A stretch of DNA of 64,000 nucleotides from Patescibacteria group bacterium (GCA_038062675.1 JBBTWP010000001.1:122059-186058), one strand, 5' to 3'; positions 17,932-27,788 are shown, counted from the stretch's first letter. Program-made: numbers and translations. The notes: a model not told the origin generated them from the sequence alone.

Positions 17932-19257
17932 TTATTTTGAAAGCAAATTGTCTATGCGGTTCATGTCGCGGGGGAAGAGCGTTGCTTGTTTTACGTTTTC
18001 AAGACCAAGTAGTTTTGCGGTGAGGCGCTCAAGCCCAAGACCAAATCCGCCGTGCGGTGGCATCCCGTACTTAAAAGCCTGTAGGTAAAAGGCAAATTTT
18101 TCAGGATTTAACTTTTTGTTTTCCATTGCAGTTACCAGTTTGTCGTATTGATGAATGCGTTGTGCGAGTGTGGTGATCTCGATACCGCGAAAAAGCAGGT
18201 CCGCACCTTTTGTATAGCCGAGGTCAGCCTCATCCTCGTAGGTGTAAAATGGACGTTTTGATACGGGGAAATGAGTGACAAAGATAAAATCTGAATCCCA
18301 TTTCTTTTTTGCATATTCACACAGAAAGCGCTCATGTGCGGGTTCGAGGTCGGGTTCGCTTGAACAATCAATCCCCTGCTCTGCTTTAATGATTTGTTGC
18401 GCCTCGCGAAGTTTGAGTGCGGGAATTTTTTCAGGCACGCTGGGGATTTCTGCACCCATGAGCGCAAACTCTGCAGAGCATGTTGCTCTGAGTTCTTTCA
18501 TGATATGCGCAAGAATGTCGTTTTCCATCTGCATGATGTCTGTATGGTCCTTGATGAACCCCATTTCAATGTCGAGGCTCGTGTATTCGTTGACGTGTCG
18601 TGTGGTGCTGTGTTTTTCTGCACGGTACACATTGCCGGTAGAAAATACGCGCTCAAAAACACCGACCATGATTTGTTTGTAGAGTTGTGGGCTTTGTGCA
18701 AGGTGTGCGGTGTGTCCAAAATATTCAACATCGAAAGAATTGGCACCACCTTCTGCGTCTTCGCCAATGAGCTTCGGTGCTTGGAATTCAGTGAAACCCT
18801 TCCCTGTCAAAAATGTACGAAAGGCGTTGATGATGGTTGCTTGTACTTTGAAAACAGCACGAGCTTTTTCGTTTCTAAGTGTGAGGGGGAGATTGTCGAG
18901 GTAGGTGTCGAGATTGATATCAGCTGTTTTGTCGAACGGAAGTTCTACGGCTTCACTTAAAATACTTCCACCAAGCATTTCAATTTCAAGATCACCGTTC
19001 AACCCTTCCTTTACCATGCGGTCAGGGCGCTTGTTCACAACTCCTCGCACCTCAATCACCCATTCTGAGCGCACTTTGCTTGCAGTCTCCCCTGCTTCGG
19101 GGTGATTAGGGAGCGCAACCATTTGCACTTTGCCGGTGCGATCACGAAGGTCAAGGAAAATGAGTTTGCCGTGGTCGCGACGAATATCCACCCATCCAGC
19201 GATGGTTACTTCTTTTCCGATGTGGTCTTTCAAGTCTTTGATGTAAATACGTTCCAT
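17932..19257 (-). CDS. aspS: aspartate--tRNA ligase, archaeal/eukaryal-type (Asp/Asn ambiguous)
   Basis: N-terminal OB-fold (VTIAGWV...FLDLRDRTGKVQ), LAQSPQLYKQ, class II motifs 2 and 3 (GGFGLGLERL), 441 aa. Confidence 0.8.
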   Translation of the reverse strand: MERIYIKDLKDHIGKEVTIAGWVDIRRDHGKLIFLDLRDRTGKVQMVALPNHPEAGETASKVRSEWVIEVRGVVNKRPDRMVKEGLNGDLEIEMLGGSILSEAVELPFDKTADINLDTYLDNLPLTLRNEKARAVFKVQATIINAFRTFLTGKGFTEFQAPKLIGEDAEGGANSFDVEYFGHTAHLAQSPQLYKQIMVGVFERVFSTGNVYRAEKHSTTRHVNEYTSLDIEMGFIKDHTDIMQMENDILAHIMKELRATCSAEFALMGAEIPSVPEKIPALKLREAQQIIKAEQGIDCSSEPDLEPAHERFLCEYAKKKWDSDFIFVTHFPVSKRPFYTYEDEADLGYTKGADLLFRGIEITTLAQRIHQYDKLVTAMENKKLNPEKFAFYLQAFKYGMPPHGGFGLGLERLTAKLLGLENVKQATLFPRDMNRIDNLLSK

Positions 19258-19263
19258 AAGTTT

Positions 19264-19539
19264 TTAATGATATAGTTTTTGTTTAAGTTCTTCAAGTGCT
19301 GCTTCGTGGGTATCGCTATTTTCGAGACGGTCAAGGAGATGCGAATCAGGGTCCCGCACAAGTTTGTCGACGCGGTTCCCATTCGCATTTGCCCATTCGG
19401 CAATTTGCTGTTCATTCGAAAGTCCGAGGTTGGACATGATCTCTATTTGCGCAAGTTGCTTTGCGTTGAAGATTCTTTCTTCAAAAATCTTTTCTGCAGC
19501 GGTTATAAACGGCTCTTCTTTTTGTTGTTCCATTCCCAT
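19264..19539 (-). CDS. hypothetical protein
   Basis: ORF immediately downstream of trpS. Start trimmed to the internal Met to avoid overlap. Confidence 0.35.
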   Translation of the reverse strand: MGMEQQKEEPFITAAEKIFEERIFNAKQLAQIEIMSNLGLSNEQQIAEWANANGNRVDKLVRDPDSHLLDRLENSDTHEAALEELKQKLYH

Positions 19540-19552
19540 AAAAATAGTTTGA

Positions 19553-20521
19553 TTACATTGATAAGCCGACACGTTCACGGACCACGTTCATGGCTTTCTG
19601 TGCCTCGGCACGTGCTACTTCCCCACCCTCGCGCAATATCTTGATTACTTTTTCGGGGTCGCGCGCAATTTCCTCGCGTCGAGCACGAAACGGCGCAACA
19701 AATGCTCTCATGTTTTCAAAAAGAATATCTTTGGATTCTTTGTAGCCAAGCCCACCAGCAAGATAGCGCGCGCGAATATCCGCCAAATCTTTTGTGCTGA
19801 CGAGCTCATGTAGGGCAAATACTTTACATGTTGCGGGGTCTTTTGATTCAGCAACCCCTTTCGAGTCCGTAGGAATACCCATAACGGCTTTTTTGATTTC
19901 TTCATCTGATGCAAAGAGTCCAATAGTATTACCATAACTTTTGCTCATCTTGCGTCCATCGGTTCCCATGACAGTTTTTACTTCCTCGACAATGAGTGGT
20001 TCAGGCGTCTTGAATGTGTCACCGAAGGTACGGTTGAATTTCTGTGCGGTGTCGCGCGCAATTTCAATGTGTTGCTTTTGGTCGAGTCCCACGGGTACCA
20101 CATCTGCGCCATACATTAAAATATCTGCCGCCATAAGGATGGGGTAGTCAAAAAGTCCTACGTTCACCTCTTTGTTTTTTGCCTCGGCATCTTTGAATGC
20201 GTGTGCGCGAGAAAGGTAGGGAACGGTGGTAATGGTATTGAAAATCCAAGCAAGTTCGGTTACCTCGGGGACATCCGATTGCAGAAACATTGTCGTCTTT
20301 TTTGGATCAATGCCGATGGCGAGGTAATCCATTGCGAGATCGAGTGTGAGTTTCTTGAGGAGTGCGCCGTCTGAAACGCTCGTAAGTGCGTGGTAGTTGG
20401 CAATAAAAATAAACTGACGGTAGTCGTCTTGAAACTCAACAAACTGGCGCATAGCACCAAAATAGTTGCCCACGTGGACAGTTCCTGTTGGCTTCACTCC
20501 TGAAAGCAGTACTTTCTTCAT
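19553..20521 (-). CDS. trpS: tryptophan--tRNA ligase
   Basis: TGTVHVGNY (HIGH) and KMSKS motifs, 322 aa. Confidence 0.9.
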   Translation of the reverse strand: MKKVLLSGVKPTGTVHVGNYFGAMRQFVEFQDDYRQFIFIANYHALTSVSDGALLKKLTLDLAMDYLAIGIDPKKTTMFLQSDVPEVTELAWIFNTITTVPYLSRAHAFKDAEAKNKEVNVGLFDYPILMAADILMYGADVVPVGLDQKQHIEIARDTAQKFNRTFGDTFKTPEPLIVEEVKTVMGTDGRKMSKSYGNTIGLFASDEEIKKAVMGIPTDSKGVAESKDPATCKVFALHELVSTKDLADIRARYLAGGLGYKESKDILFENMRAFVAPFRARREEIARDPEKVIKILREGGEVARAEAQKAMNVVRERVGLSM

Positions 20522-20572
20522 TTCCTCATCTTAGCAGAAATTTAGACTCGTTCAAAGCACACACAAGAATAT

Positions 20573-21640
20573 TTACCCATGCTTCACTTCAAGCTCAAGA
20601 GAAAAGGTAGAACCCAGACCAACCCCTTTTGAAGTTGCCCAAATACGCCCTTCGTGTTTTTTGATCATTCGTTTTGCAATATAGAGCCCTAGTCCGGAGC
20701 CGTCAGTGTACACACGGCTCACTCCCTCGGCGCGACTGAATTTTTTGAAAATCTTTTGGAGCGTCTCTTTGCTCATACCAATACCGGTGTCGGAAATACT
20801 GAATAGGATATGTTTTTTGTCATGACTCTTGCGAAGAAGTATCGACACACCACCTTTGGGTGTGTATTTAATGGCATTGTCCACAAGATTGGTCACAACC
20901 TGTCGGAGCTTTCCCAAGTCACCAACCGTAATATAGTCTTCAGTTTTTTCTTTTTCAACAAGCACGTCAAACCAAAGATGTGCGCGTGTAGCAGCGGGCT
21001 CCATGTCATGCGCAATATTTAAAATCATCGCCTTAAAATCTACCTCGGCAAAATTGTACACCATGTCACCGCGCTCGATATGGGTCACGTCCATGAAATC
21101 CGAGACCATCACAATAAGTCGTTTGCTTGACTCTAAAATTTTTGAAACGGCACTCTGCATGCTTGAAGAAAGCTGCCCGTATGATCCGTCCATGAGAAGT
21201 GAAGTATATCCGGAAATAGCGGTGAGTGGACTCCGCAAATGATGAGATGCAATGGCAACAAACTCGGATTTTTTATGGTCAAGCATTTGCAAACGTGCAT
21301 GCGTATCATCGAGGTCGTGCAGAAGTTTGTCAATTTCTGCTTCCGTTTGAAGTTCTCGCTTAACGCTTCCCAGTAAGAAGAAACTGGCAAAAACGACAAG
21401 CCCTGCAATCCCCGCTTTGGCAACAAGGTCCCAGACGGAACGAGCGAAAAACACTTCTACAAAAAGAGTGAGGATGATGAGCGCAACAAAAAAGTCGATA
21501 AACACAATCTTCATCGTAAAACGAGGAACATTGTGCATAAATAAAAGTGTGACACCAAAGACGGCAACCGTGCCAAAAAAAATGACACCCCACACCAACA
21601 TGGGGACTACTTCTACAATGTGAGGAACTTCGGCAAACAT
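20573..21640 (-). CDS. sensor histidine kinase
   Basis: Two N-terminal TM helices, H-box HHLRSPLTAISGY, and HATPase motifs (NLVDNAIKYT, DTGIGM, GSGLGL). Confidence 0.8.
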   Translation of the reverse strand: MFAEVPHIVEVVPMLVWGVIFFGTVAVFGVTLLFMHNVPRFTMKIVFIDFFVALIILTLFVEVFFARSVWDLVAKAGIAGLVVFASFFLLGSVKRELQTEAEIDKLLHDLDDTHARLQMLDHKKSEFVAIASHHLRSPLTAISGYTSLLMDGSYGQLSSSMQSAVSKILESSKRLIVMVSDFMDVTHIERGDMVYNFAEVDFKAMILNIAHDMEPAATRAHLWFDVLVEKEKTEDYITVGDLGKLRQVVTNLVDNAIKYTPKGGVSILLRKSHDKKHILFSISDTGIGMSKETLQKIFKKFSRAEGVSRVYTDGSGLGLYIAKRMIKKHEGRIWATSKGVGLGSTFSLELEVKHG

Positions 21641-21724
21641 ACGTTACAGTATATCATGATATTTTTTCTGAAGTAAGAATACCGAGGTGCTTGCTCAACA
21701 CTTTGTGGGGAAAGCGGTGTTTGC

Positions 21725-21753
21725 TTGACTGTTGTACTTTACTTTGGTAAAGT
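21725..21753 (+). promoter_or_regulatory. promoter (TTGACT-17-TAAAGT) overlapped by the palindromic operator ACTTTA-N6-TAAAGT
   Basis: TTGACT 21725-21730, TAAAGT 21748-21753. Palindrome 21736-21753, 6 nt before the ATG of the TrpR-like gene. Confidence 0.5.
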
Positions 21754-21759
21754 GGTCAT

Positions 21760-22074
21760 ATGGATTGGAGCCACAAAGAAAATAAACGGCTAATTCAGGC
21801 GATTTTGATACTCAAGACGTCAAAAGAAACGAGTGATTTTTTGCGTGACATTTTAACTGAAAAGGAAATCAAAGAAATAGCGAGGCGACTACAAGCCGCG
21901 GAAATGCTTTCAAAAAACATTCTTTACTCGGAAATAGCGAGGGAAACCGGATTTAGTTCCACTACTATAGCTCGCGTTTCAAAATGGCTAAACAATGGCA
22001 AGGGGGGCTACAAAAACATCCTCGACAAACTCAGCCATCATGATTCCGTCCAAAAAAAGAGAGAGCTGTCTTGA
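21760..22074 (+). CDS. TrpR-like YerC/YecD family DNA-binding protein
   Basis: IARETGFSSTTIARVSKWLNNGKGGY helix-turn-helix typical of the Trp repressor/YerC family, 104 aa. Confidence 0.6.
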   Translation: MDWSHKENKRLIQAILILKTSKETSDFLRDILTEKEIKEIARRLQAAEMLSKNILYSEIARETGFSSTTIARVSKWLNNGKGGYKNILDKLSHHDSVQKKRELS

Positions 22075-22184
22075 TGTATTTTATTTCGCATAAAAACAAC
22101 TCTCTCCTTTGTTGGAGAAGGCTACTCATTGCCCGCCTAACAACAAAGTGGCAAATTACAGTTCTTTATTAAAAGGAGTAAGAA

Positions 22185-22859
22185 ATGGAAAATATCTCAT
22201 TGATTCGATATTCACCCGACAGTAATGATTACTTACTCACTGCGCAGCTTGTCGAATGCTACCGCGATGTATTCGCGGACACCCCATGGAATGAATGGCT
22301 TAAGTGCTCGAAATGTGGGAAGTATTGGGGAGTAAAAGATCAAGGCCTTCTCGCCTCACTCAATTTTCGTCACTGCGACATACCACTCGTGGACTTCTGG
22401 TCGAGAGAACAGGTTCTTTTTGACCTTCGTCACGAGATTATTTCAGGATCTTCTTGCTGGCTTGCAATGAGCAACAAAACAGTTGTTGGTTTTTGTTGGG
22501 GTTATCCTATAAATATCTCCGATCTTGAAACAAAGCTCGGTGTTTCGTTTAACACTGAGCTTGAATATAACTTTGGAACTTCTGGACTAGCTGCTTACCA
22601 AGACGAAGTTGGTGTCCTTTCTGCATACCGAGGTCGCAAGATCGCAAAAGCAATGATCATTCATCGCCTGAATGATTTTCTTACACAAGGTCTGCAGATT
22701 GGCATAGTGAGAACGAGGCAAAAACCTGAACCATCCGAAACGTTCATGTGGTATACACAGAAATTAGGTTACAAAATTCTCGCCAACTATCCAAACGATG
22801 ACGGTAGAGTGATTTTAGTCCGACAACTTTCTGGACTAAAAGAACTTCTCACCTCTTAG
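22185..22859 (+). CDS. GNAT-like acetyltransferase (putative)
   Basis: AYRGRKIAKAMI resembles GNAT motif A. One CxxC near the N-terminus. Confidence 0.4.
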   Translation: MENISLIRYSPDSNDYLLTAQLVECYRDVFADTPWNEWLKCSKCGKYWGVKDQGLLASLNFRHCDIPLVDFWSREQVLFDLRHEIISGSSCWLAMSNKTVVGFCWGYPINISDLETKLGVSFNTELEYNFGTSGLAAYQDEVGVLSAYRGRKIAKAMIIHRLNDFLTQGLQIGIVRTRQKPEPSETFMWYTQKLGYKILANYPNDDGRVILVRQLSGLKELLTS

Positions 22860-22879
22860 CACAACAGCCTTGCGTAATT

Positions 22880-23704
22880 TTACGCAAGGCTGTTTTTTTT
22901 CTCCCCCAACAAAAAAGCCTCACAGGCAATTTCTTTTCGGTTTCGAGCAAAAAGAATCACCCCATCTTTTTCAGTGTAGATTTCTTTTTTCCCATCAATT
23001 CCGATGATTTGCCCTGCCAATACTTCCTCAAAATCGTTAAAAGACTTAGCTAGTGTGAAACTGCTTGTTTTTGTAATATATATCTCATACATACGCAGAT
23101 AGGATTGCCTTTGAGGGGTCGTATCGTTCGCTATATGCCCACGAGATTTAAGGAACGCAAAAATGCTTTTCTCTGCCACTCGCGATGACTCAGGGTCGCC
23201 AAAATAACCACACTCAACACAAACCCCAATTTTCCCCAGGCTGTTCATGTAGTAGTCAGTTCCGCCTGGCTCTACTGTATCAAAACCGGACACAACAAGA
23301 CTGATTGGCAAATACTCTACAATTCCCTTTGCATTTGATTCACAAATAACGAATGGTGTACTATTTGGCGTACGGCTTGCATGTATATCCAAAAGTGCAT
23401 CAGATTGGTCAAGGTATTTTTTAATAAGTTGCGCACGCGCATATTCATAGCTCGTTTTTTCTTCTTCTGACAACATAAAATCGGGCTTAAACATTCTGTT
23501 TAAGTTAGTCTCAACAAATCGGGCATTGGATGCAATGGCCCGCGGATTACCATATCCAAAAAAAACTTGTCCTTTCTCTATTTGCAAAGTAGGCAAAATT
23601 TTTTTAAATGCCTCAATCCCTGCGCGCTCATCACCATGAACACCCGCAAGCACTACGCTTGTGGGACCCACGTCTTTTCCTTTCAATTGAATAAATTCTT
23701 CCAC
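22880..23704 (-). CDS. succinylglutamate desuccinylase/aspartoacylase (AstE/AspA) family zinc hydrolase
   Basis: VLAGVHGDERAGIEA N-terminal motif, second His cluster near DIHAS. Confidence 0.65.
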   Translation of the reverse strand: MEEFIQLKGKDVGPTSVVLAGVHGDERAGIEAFKKILPTLQIEKGQVFFGYGNPRAIASNARFVETNLNRMFKPDFMLSEEEKTSYEYARAQLIKKYLDQSDALLDIHASRTPNSTPFVICESNAKGIVEYLPISLVVSGFDTVEPGGTDYYMNSLGKIGVCVECGYFGDPESSRVAEKSIFAFLKSRGHIANDTTPQRQSYLRMYEIYITKTSSFTLAKSFNDFEEVLAGQIIGIDGKKEIYTEKDGVILFARNRKEIACEAFLLGEKKNSLA

Positions 23705-23710
23705 TGATCT

Positions 23711-23728
23711 ACTTTATCAAAGTAAAGT
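23711..23728. promoter_or_regulatory. second copy of the ACTTTA-N6-TAAAGT palindrome
   Basis: ACTTTATCAAAGTAAAGT, immediately upstream of the minus-strand AstE/AspA start. Confidence 0.45.
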
Positions 23729-23765
23729 ATGTTTAGCAAGCGGTAATACCCTGATTGCTCCAAAT

Positions 23766-23797
23766 AAAAAAGGCTCGCGCGGAGCGAGCCTTTAAAA
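23766..23797 (-). terminator. intrinsic terminator (bidirectional)
   Basis: GGCTCGC-GCGGA-GCGAGCC flanked by A6 and T3A6. Confidence 0.6.
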
Positions 23798-23808
23798 AAC
23801 TCATGAAA

Positions 23809-25185
23809 TTATCCTTTTAGGATAGATTTCACTTTTTGAACAAACATCGATACAGGGATCTTTTCTTGATCGCCCGTGCGTAAGTTTTTCACAACTACAG
23901 AGTCATCCAAAAACTCGACCTCTCCAGCAATAATAGCAATAGCAAATTTTTTACGATTTGCATATTTTAATTGATCGCCAATTCGTCTGTTTTCAAGATA
24001 AACCTCAGTATTTACACCTTCCTCACGCAACATACTTGCAAATCTCAAGTACTCCAACCGTCGAGATGGATCCATTGCAGTGACAAGCACAGGAGCAACG
24101 GTTGCCGAACCAGCAGAAAGAATTCCTGCCTTAAGGAGGCGCGAAAGGAGCCTTGTGACTCCAATTGAAATTCCCACACCTGGCAATTTTTTGGCAATGA
24201 AATGGCTTGCCAAATCATCATATCTCCCCCCAGAACATATACTTCCAATTCCCGGGTGTTGCACGAGTATCGTTTCATAAACCGTACCAGTGTAATAGTC
24301 GAGTCCTCGTGCAACCTTGAGATCAATACTGAAATTCTCATCTGGAACACCGAGAGCACGAACTCCACGCACCACCTCAATCAGCTCATCCACCCCAGTC
24401 TGGAACAACTCATTCACTTGCATATCCTTTAAATTATGCAACTCCTTGTCGGAATTGCTCTTAAATTCAACACTTATGAAAGAAAGTAGTTGCTGTGCTG
24501 ACTGAAAAGTAAGATTAAATTCCCCTGAGGCAAGCCTCGAGAGTACCTGCTCTGTGCCAACTTTTTCGAGGTCATCGACTGTGTTGATAACATCAACCCA
24601 ATTCTCTTTGGGAACACCAAGATACTCAAAATACCCTTGAAGAATCTTGCGATTATTAACCTTAATAACAAACGGGCCAATATTCATAGTCTTGAATATT
24701 TGATAAATAATACTTGGAATTTCCGCATCAGCAAGAAGAGTAAGCTCTCCGTCCCCAATAATATCAATATCAGCTTGGTAAAATTCACGAAAACGTCCCG
24801 ACTGAGGACGCTCCCCTCTCCAAACCTTTTGGATCTGATATCGACGAAAAGGGAAAGCAAGCTCGCCATAATGCTGAGCAACATATCTCGCAAGAGGAAC
24901 CGTCAAATCAAAATGGAGTGCAAGTTCCTTCACGTCCCCATCCTCAGCCCTTAAACGAGAGAGTGAATAAATTTCTTTCTCGTTCCCTCCTTTTGCAGTG
25001 AGAACTTCTTGACGCTCTACTGCCGGAGTCTCAATCGGAGAAAACCCGTACCGTTCATAGTACTGCCGTATAATATCGAGTAATCTATTTTCGAGTATTT
25101 TCTCCTCGGGGAGCCACTCGGGGAAACCGCTTACTGCTTTTGGGGTTATCACAACTTTCTTTTGGGAAATATTTTCCATAGCCAA
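23809..25185 (-). CDS. hisS: histidine--tRNA ligase
   Basis: GFPEWLPEE, motif 2 FRRYQIQKVWRGERPQSGRFREFYQADIDIIG, C-terminal anticodon-binding domain. Confidence 0.9.
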   Translation of the reverse strand: MAMENISQKKVVITPKAVSGFPEWLPEEKILENRLLDIIRQYYERYGFSPIETPAVERQEVLTAKGGNEKEIYSLSRLRAEDGDVKELALHFDLTVPLARYVAQHYGELAFPFRRYQIQKVWRGERPQSGRFREFYQADIDIIGDGELTLLADAEIPSIIYQIFKTMNIGPFVIKVNNRKILQGYFEYLGVPKENWVDVINTVDDLEKVGTEQVLSRLASGEFNLTFQSAQQLLSFISVEFKSNSDKELHNLKDMQVNELFQTGVDELIEVVRGVRALGVPDENFSIDLKVARGLDYYTGTVYETILVQHPGIGSICSGGRYDDLASHFIAKKLPGVGISIGVTRLLSRLLKAGILSAGSATVAPVLVTAMDPSRRLEYLRFASMLREEGVNTEVYLENRRIGDQLKYANRKKFAIAIIAGEVEFLDDSVVVKNLRTGDQEKIPVSMFVQKVKSILKG

Positions 25186-25197
25186 CTCCTTTGTTGA

Positions 25198-25902
25198 TTA
25201 AATTAAGTAGTCTTCAAGTTCTAGTTCCTCGCGCAGAATTTCAGCCGCGTGCAAACCACTGACAACTCTCTTGTTAGGCATGCACCGCGAACGTAAATCT
25301 GGATTTGAAGAAATAATTTGCAAGAAATCCGCCACACCACCCGTCCCCGCAATAGGAACAAGATATTTAAGTGGATTACCAGACTTCAACAGATGCTCAT
25401 TGATTTTAAGTATGTGCGCACACTCAGTCAACGTCCCTGCCCCTCCCGCACATACTATCACACCATCAAGCAAATTAGCAAAAATTGGGCTTTCATCACC
25501 CCAATTACTTTGCCCAACCAAAGGTCCGACACAAAATGAGAGATCGAGATGTTCTTCGCCGAGGGCATGCTTTTTACCGACAAGAGGATATACTCCTATT
25601 GTTTTCAAACCATACTCTTTAGCTTTCCTACTGGCAATAAAGGGCACGCCCCATTTTGTTCCACCAGTTAATACAGCAATACGATAATCTCGAAGCAAGC
25701 CAATGGCTTCGCCGATTATTTTTGTTTCAACATTTTGAACAATTTTCTCGTATTCGTTTTGAAGAGGGTCGTCTTTACTAATACCGCTTAAGCTGGTGCT
25801 TGCGCCTCCAGAAAAAGCAACAATTTTGTGAATTCCGTGTTTATGCTTAAACTCTTCAACAATCAACGAATAGTCTTCTTTTCCACAAATACTAATAACC
25901 AT
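25198..25902 (-). CDS. LOG/TIGR00725-like Rossmann-fold protein
   Basis: AGGAGTLTE (PGGxGTxxE-like) and an earlier GG-rich loop. Confidence 0.5.
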   Translation of the reverse strand: MVISICGKEDYSLIVEEFKHKHGIHKIVAFSGGASTSLSGISKDDPLQNEYEKIVQNVETKIIGEAIGLLRDYRIAVLTGGTKWGVPFIASRKAKEYGLKTIGVYPLVGKKHALGEEHLDLSFCVGPLVGQSNWGDESPIFANLLDGVIVCAGGAGTLTECAHILKINEHLLKSGNPLKYLVPIAGTGGVADFLQIISSNPDLRSRCMPNKRVVSGLHAAEILREELELEDYLI

Positions 25903-26260
25903 AGCTATACTCCTTTTGGTTTATGGTTCCTGAGATTCTCAAAGAACCTAAAATACTTTCTCCTGACCTTCGGTCATAGAGGATGGGTACTATTTGTATC
26001 CGTGATGAGAATAACTTATTTGAGAAAATATGTCAAGGTTTTCGAGGGGTATTGACAAACATATAGACATTTGTTAGGGTGGAACGTAGATAAGTCGTAG
26101 TTTGTTCTTGTGCCCAGCCTCGTGCGTTTTCGGCATTTTTTCTGGCAGCTCTGTTCTCAGCGCCGCAATGCCGTCTGCATGGGGCACTTTGGATCCCTCG
26201 TGGATCCCCTGGGAGTTTTGGTCCCCCGACCCTTCCCCTCTCAGGTTTTTTTATTTAGTA

Positions 26261-26299
26261 AAAAACAAAAACGCCCCTACAAAAGGGGCGTTGTTTTTT
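26261..26299 (-). terminator. intrinsic terminator (bidirectional)
   Basis: ACGCCCCT-ACAAAA-GGGGCGT with T7 and A runs on both sides, downstream of rmuC. Confidence 0.6.
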
Positions 26300-26307
26300 C
26301 GATTCTG

Positions 26308-26384
26308 CGGAATCGTGTCGCGTAAGTCCTTTAGACGCGACCAACCTGCGGGATCGTGTCGCGTAAGTCCTTTAGACGCGACCA
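26308..26384. repeat. two tandem 36-bp repeats, each an internal hairpin
   Basis: GGAATCGTGTCGCGTAAGTCCTTTAGACGCGACCAA x2 with 1 mismatch and a 5-bp gap. Each has a GTCGCGT/ACGCGAC 7-bp stem. Confidence 0.7.
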
Positions 26385-26418
26385 AAAGTCATACACTAAG
26401 AAAAGCTAGCATGCAAGG

Positions 26419-27540
26419 CTATTCATCCATAAGCGGTTTTTCGATAGCTATCGGGTCAATGCCCGCTGACTCGCCAGTGATCTTAACCACATCTTTGTCT
26501 ACTTTTTTGAGCTCTTTATATGCGGTAGAATAATGGTTCACCGTGGTACTGAGCGAGTTGCCGAGCTTCTTCATATAGTCCTCGTACGCAATGAGGTGCT
26601 TGCGTAAATCCTCCACGCGCCCAATAATAGCCTCGGCAGATTTCTCGATTTTAAATGCACGAAAACCATAAAGCACGGACTGAAGATATGCCGCAAAGGT
26701 GGTTGGCGACACGATCATCACCTTTTTTTCATTGAATGCGTAGTCGATAAGATTGCGCGTGTTCACTTTTACTGCCCCCACTTCATTTACCAATAGGTCG
26801 TAGTAGATTCCCTCTGCCGGAATGAACATAAACGCAAATGGCAATGTTCCCTCTTCTGGACGAACGTATTTCGCCGTCTCATCAATACGCTTTTTCAAAT
26901 CATTTCTGAAATCTTTTTCAAACTCGGCACGACGTGCGTCGTCGGTCTCGCTCACGATGCGGTTGTAGTTGTCGAGTGAAAACTTTGCATCAATAGGAAT
27001 GAGCCCCTCTGGTGTCATGATGACTGCATCCGCAGTGTCGCCGTTTTTGAATTGGTATTGAAGTTTGTACGCTGTGGGCGGCAGAATATTTGAAAGGATG
27101 AGATCGAGTACGGCTTCTCCCAAATTCCCGCGTTGTTTTTGGTGCTTCAAAACTTTTTCAAGACTGTGGAGCTGTTCTGCAATATTAAAAACTTGCTTGT
27201 TCGACTCGCGCACCGACGCTATTTGCTCTGTAACTTCGCGAATAAGCTTTTGTGACTCACCAAACTGCACATGCGTCGCCTGTTGCATTTCTTTGCTCGA
27301 CTCGCCAATACGCGTGTCTACCATTTTCATAAATTCCCCTATCTGTGACTGAAAATTGTTGATTTGATTTTGAATGAGCAAAAGTGAGTCGTTTTGAGGT
27401 GCAGGCACTTCGTCATCTACCCTTCTTTTATTAAAAACGTGCATCAAACCCAACGCAATGAGAGCGCCTAGGACAAGTCCGGCGAGAATGAGAAGAGCAA
27501 TAGACATAGGACTAAAGGATGCCAGCATAGGCGCCACCAA
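26419..27540 (-). CDS. rmuC: DNA recombination protein RmuC
   Basis: N-terminal TM, long coiled-coil, conserved C-terminal RmuC nuclease-like domain (KVMIVSPTTFAAYLQSV). Confidence 0.8.
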   Translation of the reverse strand: MVAPMLASFSPMSIALLILAGLVLGALIALGLMHVFNKRRVDDEVPAPQNDSLLLIQNQINNFQSQIGEFMKMVDTRIGESSKEMQQATHVQFGESQKLIREVTEQIASVRESNKQVFNIAEQLHSLEKVLKHQKQRGNLGEAVLDLILSNILPPTAYKLQYQFKNGDTADAVIMTPEGLIPIDAKFSLDNYNRIVSETDDARRAEFEKDFRNDLKKRIDETAKYVRPEEGTLPFAFMFIPAEGIYYDLLVNEVGAVKVNTRNLIDYAFNEKKVMIVSPTTFAAYLQSVLYGFRAFKIEKSAEAIIGRVEDLRKHLIAYEDYMKKLGNSLSTTVNHYSTAYKELKKVDKDVVKITGESAGIDPIAIEKPLMDE

Positions 27541-27715
27541 TTGCGCTCAAGAGCGCCGGTATGACAAACATTAAACCGACAAGAGGCAAAACGACAAAGG
27601 CGATGGTGATATAAAATGTCCACTTGAAATACGTGCGGGTTTTTTCAACCGACACGAAAATTTTTGCAGTGAGCTCTTCTTGCGCTTTGAGTCGGTTGAG
27701 AATTTCCTGTTCCAT
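27512..27715 (-). CDS. small membrane protein
   Basis: 67-aa ORF with two C-terminal TM helices. Overlaps the rmuC start. Confidence 0.3.
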   Translation of the reverse strand: MEQEILNRLKAQEELTAKIFVSVEKTRTYFKWTFYITIAFVVLPLVGLMFVIPALLSAIGGAYAGIL

Positions 27716-27788
27716 CTCATCATTGTACTCTGTATAAAGAAAAAAGAAAAGCGGGCGATGACTTCGTCATCGCCCGCCAGATATTTTG

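Noticed and set aside
26308-26384. Possible CRISPR array
   Set aside because: There are only two repeat units separated by 5 bp, no spacers, and no cas genes in the window.
26102-26533. 143-aa plus-strand ORF
   Set aside because: It overlaps the rmuC 3-prime end on the opposite strand. It spans a terminator and the tandem 36-bp repeats. It has low-complexity composition and no SD.
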